Assembly: GCF_006345805.1 (NCBI RefSeq)
Contig: NC_043009.1
Span: forward strand, 46,190,001 to 46,254,000
Length of the DNA: 64,000 nt
Source: Octopus sinensis
Lineage: Eukaryota
Reading direction: 5' to 3'
The notes below the pieces were generated by a model, which was given only the letters and a program-made list of their open reading frames with translations, made no database searches and had not been told where the DNA came from. Within the stretch, counting starts at the first letter, position 1; each line of letters starts with the position of its first letter. Both the position numbers and the translations under genes were made by a program. Below are positions 13,348-25,905 of this stretch, one piece after another.

Positions 13348-14065
13348 AAGTGAACCCCTGGCTCGGCTTAATATCTTCTCAGTGCTGGAGCCGGCGGGAT
13401 TGTCCAGAAGTGATGGGAAGAGATAAGGTGGTCTAAACACTTTGTCTCTGGGTAAGAGAGAGGTACCTCACCTGAAATGCCAGTCTGTGACTTTTTTGCT
13501 CCTTTCCACATCCTGGATGCTGCGGTAAATGGGAGGGTCATTGTTTCCCTAGCCGAAAGGAAGAAATTCCTTCAGTATCAGGACTCGTCAGTGAACCAGT
13601 ACTTCCAGCCTATGGCGTTTAAGACGTTTGTAGGAGCTGGGCTGCTAAGAGCCTAGTTCTGGTCATCGTTGACGGTTCATCCTACCGAGGTATCAGGCGG
13701 CGAGCTGGCAGAAACGTTAGCACGAAGGGCGAGCTGGCAGAAACGTTAGCACGAAGGGCGAAATGCTTTGCGGTATTTCGTCTGCCGTTACGTTCTGAGT
13801 TCAAATTCCGCCGAGGTCGACTTTGCCTTTCATCCTTTCGGGGTCGATAAATTAAGTACCAGTTACGTACTGGGGTCGATGTAATCGACTTAATCCCATT
13901 GTCTGTCCTTGTTTGTCCTCTCTGTGTTTAGCCCCTTGTGGGTAGTAAAGAAATAGGTATCAGGTGATGTCTGTGAGGTTGCTTGGTTTTTCTAACGCCT
14001 TAGCCTCGCCACCGCCCGTAGTAATGCCGCGTGCGTGTTGGCTCGCTTCAGTAGGTTCCGTAGAA
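13348..14065 (+). mobile_element. 3' fragment of a CRE-type (restriction-like endonuclease) non-LTR retrotransposon, interrupted by a SINE
   Basis: Broken frames give VLEPAGLSRSDGKR, LAERKKFLQY, YFQPMAFKTF and FF*RLSLATARSNAACVLA, matching the recalled CRE C-terminal motifs EPxGLxRxDGKRPDG, AExxKxxKY and QRLSxAxxRGNAACV. Confidence 0.7.
13696..13954 (+). mobile_element. SINE family A with duplicated 5' head
   Basis: TSD AGGTATCAGG at 13688-13697 and 13955-13964. GGCGAGCTGGCAGAAACGTTAGCACGAAG occurs twice in tandem. Confidence 0.9.
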
Positions 14066-14840
14066 TCTTGTGGTGTGCGACCAATTAAGGTACTTGATGT
14101 TGAATTGATGCTTTTTTCTTTCTTCCTCTTCCTTTTTTTTATTTCTTCACTCATGTTCGTGTTTTTTTCCGTTTGGGATTTATATTTTGTATTATATATG
14201 CATCATATACATACGTATTATATTTGTAATTATCAAATTATCGAAATCATAATATAATATAATAATAAATTATATTCGAAAATTTAACGAAAATAATTGC
14301 AGTAATGTTTTAATAACTTATCTATAGTTTTTATAGCTTTTTTTTATGACTCTTTTAGCTGTGACTTACATTCACATTCTCTTCAGTTAAGTCTAAACTT
14401 ATAGATTCCTGGAATAATTAGCATGGAACAATTTCTTGCCATTAAATATATTTTGAGCAAATTCTATAAAGTCTTCGAATATTTGTAAAACACAGCCAAA
14501 GAAATATTTCTAAGAGTCTTGTTTAAACGTAAGATGCAAGTACTTAATTACAAATAAGAAATCGGTCATTTTGTTAGAATATTCAATTAAGGTATTGCAT
14601 TAAAATTTATCAGGAACTATATTATAAGAAAAACACAAAAGAATACCGGAAATAGATAGAAAGGGGTTGTTAAAGTATTGTAGAGTTATTTCCCTTGTCT
14701 CAAAACTTCGAAATTTCGCAGCTTCTTCCTTCTTATTTCCATACTTTACTTAAACATTTACATATACATGAATGCATATATATTTATATGCTTGAGTAAA
14801 TATACAAAGCTAAAGAATAGTATAAATCTATTTCCTAATA

Positions 14841-15326
14841 ATGGCAAAAGTCGTTACTCCTCCGAGAATAGCAAAACTTGTCACAGAATTCGTATGCGAG
14901 TACAGCATATCCGATATGGCTATGACACCTGATAATCATCTTTGTGTGGCTGAAGAGGAAAGTTGTGTGTCGAAATACACTCTAACAGGGTTGTGCGTCG
15001 GACGCCTAAAGTTACCAGACTGTTACTTGGGAGGTGTTTGTTGTCTCCAAAGTGCGTACGGTCGGCAACTTTCTTGTCTTGGTAAACAATGGAACGACGA
15101 AGCTTATATTCCCGGAAGATTAGCAGTCCCTACGTTCTTCGGAAAATCTGCTGGTCGAGTGCTGATTTTAGACGGTAGTTCAGGTGATCAATTCGGACAG
15201 ATCAAAGCTGAAGTGGATACAGGAGATTACACTTACTGGTCCGTATGCGACCTGGGAGTCGATCGCGGACTTGTTTTGGCACGCCAGGGCCACGTTGCTA
15301 CAACTAAACAGGACAGTTGTGTCGAG
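14841..15326 (+). CDS. Coding exon 1 of a beta-propeller (NHL-like) + SOCS-box protein
   Basis: ATG at 14841 with an in-frame TAA just upstream (14823). 162 open codons of non-repetitive sequence with propeller-blade-like segments (ISDMAMTPDNHLCVAE; GRVLILDGSSG). Ends at donor GAG|GTAAGA (phase 0). Confidence 0.85.
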
Positions 15327-16738
15327 GTAAGATGTTATAATATTTCATTGTTTACTCGGATATTAACCCTTATACTTTTTTTTTCTCCTTCTTTTGGAGG
15401 TAAGAAATGAAAACTATAGTCTATTTAGTGACGTTTTGGTATCTCAGAACTATACTTTTAGTCGTTTATTAACCAATAATATGTAAAGCTCGCTCGGTGT
15501 GAACGAATTTATCTTGTCTCTTTGTTTACGTTAAACTTTTAAAAAATAAACTGCTCATAATTTTAACCTCACCAAACGAATTTTGACATCTTATTAGAAA
15601 CTTTATGGGATTAATATTATCATGTACTTTTTAAAAATAACGATACCATTTCTTGACAACAACTAGTAAAATTGTCTACTGGGATAGTAACGCGTAAGAG
15701 AATTCTCTGTTAAACTATATCTTCCACTACTATTATCATTATTGTTGTTTTTGTTGTTCATAATATATATATATTATTATTGTTTATTATAAAATATCTC
15801 GTTTAGTAGTAAATAACTTTGAAAATATTCTGATAAGCTTTACAGGTTGTTGGCCACTAATTTTGAAAATGGAGTATATTACAGTATTTATTAACTTGAA
15901 TATATATCCTCGAAATTTTGGCTTTTTGCCTAACCAAAGGAAATGGCTCACACAAACGCACTTGCGTGTATTATTGTCGATATAATCTTCTCTCTCTCCT
16001 AATTTTTCGTCGAGATAACTTTTGTAATTCTTTGTTACGCATTAACAATAGATTCTCCTCTAAGTCACATCTCTAGAGTTAAGCAATTATGACTTAATCT
16101 TCTCTTACATAAACCATTTATATTTGTTACATACACGTTAGCTCCATGCTTATTAATACTAATTAATAAATTAGAAATAAAAAGTAGCTCTAAAAAACGT
16201 ATTTGTTTCCAACATTATTTACATATCTCACTTCCGATTCTCTAGTCACGCAGTTGTTTAGAGTTACTTCCCTTATACTAATGTGTTGCATGTTACTTCT
16301 AAACATGGTCATAGCTAAGGTGAAGCATGCTGCATTAATTTCGAGACTAGTTGTTTATATTATTTACTTACCTATCACAACCAAATAGAAAGGAATATTT
16401 TCTATAATCTATTAATGTAATTTTGAATGTAATATCATATCGATTTTTCCCCTGAAAACATTAAGATTGCATGAATTACACTCTTTAACAGGGAGAAAGA
16501 TCCGAAAATTCATAAAATACATGGGAGAGAACTTGTTTCTCAATGTTTGATTTCGTTCGAAGCTGTTCGCTGGTATTGCCAATCATTGCTACTGCTTGGA
16601 AAATCAGAGCTTTGGCTCTGATTTTCCCAAGCAGTAGCAATAATTGGCAGGATCAGCGAATAGCTTTGAACGAAATAAAACCTTAAGATGTATTATGATT
16701 CCCATATAAATATATAAATGATATATTATAAATATAAA

Positions 16739-17143
16739 GGATCTTTTCGGTTTGAACGGCAGTTTTTTCTAGCGATGTCTATGAAATTGTCACCCATAAT
16801 TATGACCCTAGTATCGATCTATTGCATTTCAATCTATTGTAGGGTTAGGGGGAAGGGTATCTTTTTTTTCTTCACAAATGTAAATAAACCCAATCTGTTT
16901 CTTAAACGAGGGACATATTCATACGGCACAGAATGTTTTTTTTACCTCAATAGTGTCAGTGATTGGTTGAAATTGCAGATATTGAAGAAAAAAAAACAAC
17001 AAATATCTTACAAACTATGGAATTTTCTCAATAAAGCCAAGAGAAAAAGATGTTTTATAAACACATTCTACCAGTATACGAAGTTTAAAATTTTTTAGCT
17101 ACCTAGAAATTGTTAAAAACTGCCATTCAAACCGAGAAGATCC
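16739..17143. mobile_element. MITE, ~405 bp, GGATCTTTTCGGTTTGAACGGCAGTTTTT terminal inverted repeats
   Basis: ~29-bp TIRs. 8-bp TSD AATATAAA at 16731-16738 and 17144-17151. Paralogs at 35517-35928 and 51388-51796. Confidence 0.9.
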
Positions 17144-17702
17144 AATATAAATATATATATACATTATTATAAAGATACTACCTCATCTACTCATCCTAGA
17201 AATGGGTTGGCTACACGGCTACTACATAAATCTCCTGACTAGTTGCTACTCCACCACCAATGTATTTGAACTGTGATAGATAAGGGGAATAAGGACAAGG
17301 GGTACGCTATGGTCCGAGAGACTGAGTTTGGGAAGGTGAGTTGAGACATTGGCGAACACAGTCCCTCCCTGCATGCACTGCCCTATTTCTATCACTGTGT
17401 ATTAGTATGTGCGCTATTAACTGCAGAGTAAAAGGTTACTTTTACTGTATCCTTTGGGGTCTGGCCAAGTCCACAAATTTGGAAGAGAATAATTCACAAA
17501 CCTGCCTCCTTTTTCGGTCACCAATATTATTTCAAGGATGCTTCGATATGATCGCTCGATCTGCTAGAAATAGCAGCCAAATCTCTCTCCAATTACATCC
17601 TTCCCCTCATCATCATTTAATGTTGACCTTCCATGCTGGCAGAGTTTGGATGGTTCAACAGGAACTAGCAAGGCTGCATCAAGCTTTGCTGTCTACTTTG
17701 AC

Positions 17703-19383
17703 ATGGTTTCTATAGCTGAATGCCTTTCCTAATGCCAACCACTTTACAGATTGTACATGGTGGTTTTTATGTGGCACCAGCAGCAGTGAGGTCACCAAGT
17801 AACTTGCTCGACAAGACCTCTCCACTGAAGTAGTGAGCAGTATTGAAAAAGGTGTCTTGCGGTACAGAAGTAACAAGGCTGCCATAGGTAGAGAGAAGGA
17901 GAGGAGAGAGAGAGAGATGGTGAAGATGAGACAGTGGTGGGGTCATACTCCTAAGTTACAGGAAGATTCATAAAGTAAAGGGGATTGGGGATTGGAAAGC
18001 ATAGGGTGAGCAAGATTTTGAAATTGCAAAAGGTAAGACGGAGAGTGGAGGGATTGTTGAAAGGAACATTTTAAGTGCAGGTAGGTTTGTGAAGAATAGA
18101 TGGAGAGGAGTACAACAGATTGTAAGTCTGAGGAAGGGGGGGGGTAGTGTTGAAAGATGAGTAGTTGGATGGGAGAGATATTCATAAGTTTTTGTGTGGC
18201 GGTGGGGGTGACATGACTCTACAGCCTTAATTTCACGTAACTGGATGGGTTTTCTGAAGCACGACAAATCAATAATTGTCATGGTCCTTTGTCATCTCTG
18301 CTGTGAGGTTCAGCATCTGAAGATCATTTTTCATCTCTTTGCCCACATCTTTAATAAATACAAAACAAAAATATATAATCCAAATCTGCAAAATGCTAAC
18401 GAGTTCTTACATGAATAAATAAATAATAAACACAAAATACAATAAAATAAAAAATAATATAAAATAAGCAGACCTGCAACTGAACATTGTCCATAGATGC
18501 ATAAAAAATAATATTTGTTTCAAATTTTGGTGCAAGGCCAGCAATTTTGCAGTAGAGGCTAAATTGATTACATCAACCCCAGTGCTCAACTGGTACTTTA
18601 AAAAACCCCCAAAAGGATGACAGGCAAAGTTGATGCCAGCAGAATTTGAAATAATAATATATATTGGTTTCAAATTTTCGCACAATGCCAACAATTTGGG
18701 GGTAGGGGCTAAGTTGATTACCTTCTCTCCAGTGCTCAACTTAGTACTTATTTTATTGACCCCCAAAAATATGAAAGGTAAAGTTGTTCCCAGCAGAATT
18801 TGAAATAGTAATAATGTATATTAAAACAGAAACCAAACTTGTAAATTGGAGAATGTGTTTCTAGATACACTGTGCCTGATTAAAGATGGTCATTTGCTTT
18901 CTAATCTTCCCTCCTACTACCCATCTTTCAACACTACCCCCTCCCCTTCCTCAGACTTACAATCCATTGTACTCCTCTCCATCTATTCTTCACAAACCTA
19001 CCTGCACTTAATATGTTCCTTTCAGCAATCCCTCCACTCTTCGTCTTACCTTTTGCAATTTCAAAATCTTGCTCACCCTATGCTTTCCAATCCCCAATCC
19101 CCTTTACTATATGAATCTCCCTGTAACTTAGGAGTATGACCCCCACCACTGTCTCATCTTCACCATCTCTCTCCCTCCTCTCCTCTCCTTCTCTCTACCT
19201 ATGGCAGCCTTGTTACTTCTGTACTGCAAGACACCTTTTTCAATACTGCTCACTACTTCAGTGGAGAGGTCTTGTTCAGCAAGTTACTTGGTGACCTCAC
19301 TGCTGCTAGTGCCACATAAAAACCACCTAGTACAATCTGTAAAGTGGTTGGCATTAGGAAAGGCATTCAGCTATAGAAACCAT
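17703..19383. repeat. Long inverted duplication (~475-bp arms, ~730-bp spacer)
   Basis: 17703-~18175 is the reverse complement of ~18906-19383 with scattered mismatches. Near-identical ORFs 17943-18185(-)/18846-19139(+) and 17679-17885(-)/19201-19425(+). Confidence 0.95.
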
Positions 19384-21898
19384 ATTGCACAGATTAAAAT
19401 AGACTGGACAGTGGAGAGAATGTAACATGTCCACATTGTAACACTATACTCCATATGATTCATCACTAAATGTTGCAGAGTGCAGCAGGCTTTCCAAGTA
19501 AGTAGAGACTTTAGTGTATCTGAAGCATCGATTCTGTAGATTGTACCTGATTGCCACTGTTAAGTCAGAGCAGACTTAGGGCTATGAGTGTCTCATTTCT
19601 GTTGAGTGAATGAGAAGTGTTTTACCTCAGAGTAGAATACTTGTTAGGATATATGTGGTTTGCCTTTAGTCATCCTACATATGTCTTATGTCCTTAGAGG
19701 AAAAGCTCAGCTGCTCAATGAAGTTTCAACCATAACCAGCAACAACCAAACTGGTCTGATGAGGTTTCTGGTAGAATAAACGTCCCTTTAATCCTACAGA
19801 ATTTTAGTCACTTTTCTATTATTGACAACCAATTTTTTTTTATATTTACAAAGGAGTTTGTAAGTAAACTATTAAACAATCACCCAATTCCTTGTCCTCC
19901 TTCTTGAGGTAGTTGGAGCTATTCTGAAAGTTTGCTGATTAACTATTACGCCCATCTCACAAATGTAATAGTTTATTTACAAATAAATTTATAAAAAGTG
20001 GTTGGCAATAACAGGAAAGTACTTAATATTACAATATGGTGTTGAAGGCTTTGGGGCCTATATATATATATATTTTTTTTTTATGTGTGATTCTGATTTA
20101 GCTTCTGTTCAACTCTGAGCAAGCAGATCCATTATAAAATGCTTACCAGCCATGGTTATCTTGGTAATCTCAGACTTTGTGAATTTAAGAATAGTGTTTT
20201 CTCAAATTTTTTTTGCTGAGGTTCTGGACTAAAAATTGCTTGTGTGCAACTTTTGTCTTTCATTGCTCCTTTATGTGAGTAGCCATTGCTCAAATGCCAT
20301 GTTGACCAACTAAACAAATGCACATCATTTTTATGTGGATATTTCTATGAGTATAAAATTACATGATTAACTTTTCAATTAAAAAATTACATTTTCATCT
20401 TAAAAACCTTATGCATGCACATTTTTTCCCCTTTGTAAATGCACATGCACAAAGATTGAGGGAACATTGCCCAGGATTACATTATCCTAAGGTTTTTTAA
20501 GCATGGTGTGAAATGACTTGACTGATATTTCAAGCAGTTCAAGTCGCTGTGTTATGGTTACTGGTTTGTACATTGTAATTGTTTTAACATGAGATCGATA
20601 ACGACAAATTTCGAACAGTATTCAAGGAAGTAATATTGTTATTCTGCATTTTATGTGCAAGTTTTAACATGTTTGACTGCACATCTGGGATTGATCAAAT
20701 ATGTACAAAATATGTACTGGAAGTCAATTCTATTGATTGTTTTCTTCACCAACAAACTTCTTTATTAAAATCAATATGATAAACCATTGTTTGGTCTGTA
20801 ACTTTCAGAGTAGTTGAGTGATCTTTATGTGGTTTGTATTCACAACAAAAGACATAAGCGTTGGTTTAGAGCAAAAGGTGTTAACAGACGGAAACGGGAC
20901 AAGATTACAACATTGATACTTTTCAGGTGACTGGCTCTCAAGAAAACCTCAGTAAATATCATTTCTAAAAGATAAAAAGGCCATCAGTTTCAGGATCTTG
21001 TTGTAGAGGATGTAAAGTTTTCTGGTTACTTTATCGATTGACTTAGATCAGTTTTTCTTAATAATGGGCAAGCTGTTATCATGTCTACATTTTACACACA
21101 CACACACACACACACATGTATTTGTATATACATGTGTGTATGTATGTGTGTGTGTGTATATACACACACACACACACACACACATGATTCAACTAAACCC
21201 TTTAACGTGTTCCTTCTCGAGCCATGCCAGGCTCATAAGGGCCAGTTTCCCAGTTTCACTGGTCTAGAAATTCACCACCTGGATGGGACGCTGGTCTGTC
21301 GCAGGATTACTCATTTTTGCCAGCTGAGTAGACTGGAGCAACGTGAAAATGAAGTGTTTTACTCAAGAACACAACGCAGGTCTAGGAATCGAAACCACAA
21401 CTTTACGATCATAAGTTCAACACCCTAACCACTAAGCCACACGCCTCCACTTGGCTGACGTCCATTGACTGAGATAAGTAGAAGATAAAAGATGTAGATA
21501 TATTGATACATTTGTTCTTTATTCTCCCCTTCAGCTATCTAAGCACACATATAGATGGGAGTTTGTGTGTGTGTGTGTATCATGCTTTTTAGTAACATGT
21601 TTCATGGCTTGTCTGAGAGTTTATTGAGGTAGACTTTCTCAGGCTTTGGTTGACCCAGCTAATGCTATAGTAGAAGGTACATGCCAAATGTGGCACTCAG
21701 ACCAAAACCTTGTGGCTGGGAAGTGAACTACTTAATCACACAGCTGTATCTACTGTCTGGAAGAAGTTTTCTTCCCAACCACATGCTTCTGGATTCAGTC
21801 CCACTGTGTTGCACCTTGGGCAAGTCTCTTCTACTATAAAATCAGGCTAACAAAAGCCTTGTGAGTGGATTCAGTAGGCGGAAACTGAAAGAAGCTTG

Positions 21899-22860
21899 TC
21901 ATCATTATTTAACATCCGTTTGCCATGCAGGCATGGGTTGGACGGTTCAACTGGGGTTTGGGAATCCAGGGGGCTGCACCAGGCCCCAATCTGATCTGGA
22001 AGTCTTTCTACAGCTGGATGCCCTTCCTAACACCAACCACCCCGAGAGTGTAGTGGGTGCTTTTTACGTGCCATCGGCATAGAGGCCAGAGGGATTGGTT
22101 GGTGCTTTTTACGTGCCACTGGCATGGAAGCCAGTCAAGGTGGCATTGGCATCAGCCACATTTGGATGGTGATTTTTATGTGCCACTGGCATGGGGATCG
22201 CAACTACAATTTCTATTTGATTTTGATGTACTTGAATCAGTAGGTCTCCTCACGCATGGCATGTCGCCCTACGATCCAAGGTACCTTTGAGTAGGCTGGT
22301 TATGCAACACTGGTGTAGATTACAGCTGGGAACTTACTTTATTTGCCAAGTCTTCTCAGTCACAGCATATTTCCAGGGGTCTCGGTCTTTTGTCATTGCC
22401 TCTGTGAGGCCCAACGCTTGAAGGTCATGCTTCATCACCTCATCCCATGTCTCCCTCTAACTTGGATTCCTTCCAATCTACCTTTCACTCTGAGCGAGAG
22501 ACCTTTTGTCACCAATAGGGGTAGCAGCTTTCTGAACTTTGCCCAGGCTATTCTTATTCTAGTGGTAACACTCTCTGAGCATCCACCCCCACTACAGACT
22601 TGGTCACCTAGGTAGCAGAAGCTATCAACTACTTCTAGTTTCTCTCTCTGGCATGTGATGGAATTTATTTTCTGAGCATCTGTGGTGTTTATTATTGCCT
22701 CTGTGCATCTGTGGTGTTTATTATTGCCTCTGTGCATCTGTCAAACATGAAAGCTATCTTCCCAGTTAATCTCCCTTTGATGTTGCTGCACCTCTTATGT
22801 GTCCATAGCTTACACTGGGTATAACTTAGTTTCTACCTACACCTTTTCTACAGATCGAGC
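21899..22860 (-). mobile_element. 5'-truncated RTE-type LINE
   Basis: EKLEVVDSFCYLGDQVCSGGGCSESVTTRIRIAWAKFRKLLPLL plus the family 3' UTR. Homologous to 32948-34539. Confidence 0.85.
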
Positions 22861-23039
22861 AGGGCCACCTACCTGAAGGAGTGTGTGATGTATTCACCTT
22901 CTTACTTATTAGAACTTTGGTCTTTGCAACATTGACTCAAAGGCCCTTCGATTCTAAACCTTGCTTCCACACCTGAAATTTCTTCTCTAGTTCTGATAGT
23001 GATTCTACTATGAGGGTAAGGTCACCAGCATAAAGAAGC

Positions 23040-23612
23040 TCCCAGGGGCAACCTGTCTTGAATTTCTCTGTTATTGCCTGGAGGACTATAATGAATAAGA
23101 GGTGGGATGGGATTATCCATTACGAATTGGTTGGATGGAACCAAACAGTCAACAAGGAACTCTGTGTTCAGCAGATGGAACGACTCAATACGGCTACTCA
23201 AGAGAAAAGACCTAATTGGCAGCATAGAGTTCTTCTGCTGCTCCACAATGCCCACACTCATATCACCAATATGACCAAGGAAGTCATTCAAACGTATGGC
23301 TGGGAAGTGCTGCCATACTCTCCTGATTTGGCACCAATGGATTTCTGCCTCTTTTGATCTCTTTCAAATGCTATGCACAGAGTTTTGTTCAATACTGATG
23401 CAGAATTGAGAGCTTGGTTGGATCAATTTTTCAAGTCGAAATCCAGTGATTTCTACCAACGAGGAGTTTAAAATCTTGTTGAACATTGGGAAGAAGTTTA
23501 AACAACAAGAGTTGAATACATTATTTATTAATTAGCTGTTAGTTTTTTATTAAACCTTTTAAAAAATTTAAATTTAAAACAACGGTGGCTACTTAATCGC
23601 CAACCCAACTGA
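23040..23612 (+). mobile_element. 3' half of a decayed mariner transposase
   Basis: WDGIIHYELV...LLHNAHTH...GWEVLPYSPDLAPMDFCLF (ORF 23058-23357), continuing to a C-terminal EY-type end. Confidence 0.85.
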
Positions 23613-24071
23613 TGATGCCCTTGTTGGGAAAGTGGACCATCATAAGCTTTTTAGTTGACTTGCTTTATCTGCCCTTTTGTGCATGTAAAAAACAGATGCT
23701 TGGCTCTTATAAGATAATCAATAAGCAGTCTGAAGTATTTCATAAATCTTTGTCGTATTTTTGTCCAGTGTAACACAAAACTTTATTACACAGCAAGCTT
23801 CCAGATGGTTTTCGTGTCCTGATTGCATTCTGCAAACTAATCAGCTGGGACAAGCAGTGTTTAGAAGGGTGAATTCAAAGTACTGTTACAGCCATCTATT
23901 TCAATCTGGAAAACAAAAGGTGGCAGGTCAGCTTATTAGATGTACAGGAATGATATACTAAAATTACAATAATCTAGGTTAGTTGTAACTACCTCTCCTA
24001 AAAAAGTCTCAAAACTCATGAAATGTATCTTTTGTATATGTGTGTTTGTGAGTGATTGTATGTGCGTGCAG

Positions 24072-24267
24072 TCCGAGTCAGACGCCATGATAGATCGTTA
24101 GCCACTGCACACATTTTTTTTCTGTGTACCTTTCTGTAGAAGAGCGTAGGCTTGAAACGTAAAAGACTTTTTCTATTCCTGAGTGCTATACTAATACATC
24201 TGTTTGTTTTTTACACCACCTGTTTTCGTCTTTTGTTTTTTTTCGTACACTTTCCCTATATATATAT
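24072..24267 (+). repeat. Dispersed ~200-bp repeat carrying a hammerhead-like motif; second copy ~37045-37240
   Basis: Two homologous copies ending in ...CTCCCTATATATA. Contains CTTT-CTGTAGA-A-GAGC-GTAG-GCTT-GAAACGTA-AAAG. Confidence 0.7.
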
Positions 24268-24271
24268 CTTA

Positions 24272-25070
24272 TCTCTCTCTATATAAACGGCAGTTTGTCT
24301 GTCTGTGTGTCTGTCAGGTTGTACCCTCACCCTGACCACGGCTTTCAACCGATTCTAATGAAACTTGACACACACATAGCCCAATGTCATAATTCAAAAC
24401 TAACGCAGCGAAAATTTTGAAAAGTTCCCCCAGTTCTGAAAAAAAATCGATAAATTCAACATGGGTCGAGAATCTAAGCTTTTTATATGCAACACATTTT
24501 CTACAGACTGTCTAGGGGACGCAACTCGACCTTTTTAACTCTCGGAACACGTGGGGTAAGTATCCCAAAATGTATAAAAATGTACAAAAACGGCAAAAAA
24601 GCGGGCAGCAATGTAAGTGACAACAACGAAAAAGTCAAAAGTGACCAAACTGAACAAACGAATGGAAAAGGTTTTTTGATGCACACGACAAAAGCGGTTT
24701 ATAATAAACCAAGAGTTTGCAAGTAGCGTCCGAGGACCCTTAGGGTACGTCAAAAATTTAAGGTAAAACGTTTGGGGTGGTAGTTATAAAGAAAGTGTAA
24801 ACAAAAAAAGTATTCGAATAATTCGCGGCTGCAGCAGCTATTAGCAGAAGTGGCGGTGTTGGGGGTAAAGTCTCGAATGTAATTTCTTCCTGGTAGGAAT
24901 TGGTTGGGTTGAATTATCGATAGCTGTTTGATAGTTATTTGGGAGTGAAGAGAAGACATTGCAACCTACACATGCGCCTTCGTTCCCTAGTGGGAAAGGG
25001 CTAGATTGGGATTAGTCGTTGCCTACTAGGGGCTCTTACATACCCGGGCAACGCCGGGCTATGCTGCTAG
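24272..25070 (+). mobile_element. Non-autonomous Helitron
   Basis: Inserted A|TC...CTAG|T with no TSD. Subterminal hairpin CCCGGGCAACGCCGGG at 25043-25058. 5' ~270 bp shared with 37483-37864. Confidence 0.8.
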
Positions 25071-25094
25071 TATATATATATATATTAGTGGAGC

Positions 25095-25405
25095 ACTAAG
25101 AGCACCATCCGAGCGTGATCATTGCCAGCATTGCCTTACTGGCACTTGTGCCGGTGACATGTAAAAAAAAAAACACGATTTTTCCATGACTGTTGCCAGT
25201 ACCACCTGACTGGCCCCCATGCTGGTTGCATGTAAAAGCACCCACTACACTCGGAGTGGTTGGCATTAGGAAGGGCATCCAGCTGTAGAAACTCTGCCAA
25301 ACCAAGATTGGAGCCTGGTGCAGTCATCTGGTTTGCCAGTCCTCAGTCAAATCGTCCAACCCATGCTAGCATGGAAAGCGGATGTTAAACGATGATGATG
25401 ATGAT
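25095..25405 (+). mobile_element. RTE 3'-end fragment ending in (GAT)n; similar + copies at 26145-26510, 31495-31762, 35165-35345, 41690-41970
   Basis: Matches the 3' UTR of the LINE at 32948-34539 (…GGAAGGGCATCCAGCTGTAGAAAC…GGACGTTAAACGATGATG). Confidence 0.85.
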
Positions 25406-25905
25406 ATATATATATAGTTAAATACATATATTAATGTATATGCTTTGTGTATTTTCCGGTGGCAGCAATGGCATAGTGGAGTATATAACTCATGTCACTA
25501 GTGCTAAAACACCTTAGACACATGGACACCCTCAGTCACATTTGGGAGTGATGGACATCAATGTTTCACCATTTTTATGGCTTATCAAAACCACCTACAT
25601 GCCTCGGCTGAAGGCAAGTCAGCTAGCCAGTCCAATGACTTATATGTTAATGGCTTGTAAAATCCTGCGCTGGTATGCTTGGAAATTGCATACCTAAGAG
25701 AAAATTTACATACAAAGTAAAAGCAGCTCTAGTGTAATAAATTTTGTTAAATACATATACTAATGTATATGCGTTGTGTATTTTTCGGTGGCTACACTGG
25801 TGTAGCATTGCCAATGTGAAAACACCAGCGACATGAGTCTTATATACTCTGCTTCACCATTGCAGCCACCGGAGAATACACAAAGCATATATATTTGTAT
25901 ATGTA

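Noticed and set aside
15327-15410. C-terminal extension of ORF 14841-15410 (VRCYNISLF...)
   Set aside because: Read-through into the intron after a strong GAG|GTAAGA donor; same for the flanks of ORFs 35980-36468 and 39048-39341.
17679-19425. Pairs of near-identical ORFs on opposite strands, suggesting a duplicated small gene
   Set aside because: Explained by the inverted duplication; they include RTE-tail sequence and show no domain or splice support.
19755-19790. CTGATGAG... hammerhead-like start (also CTGATGATGCCC at ~23609)
   Set aside because: GAAA core and helix I cannot be formed; too degenerate to call.
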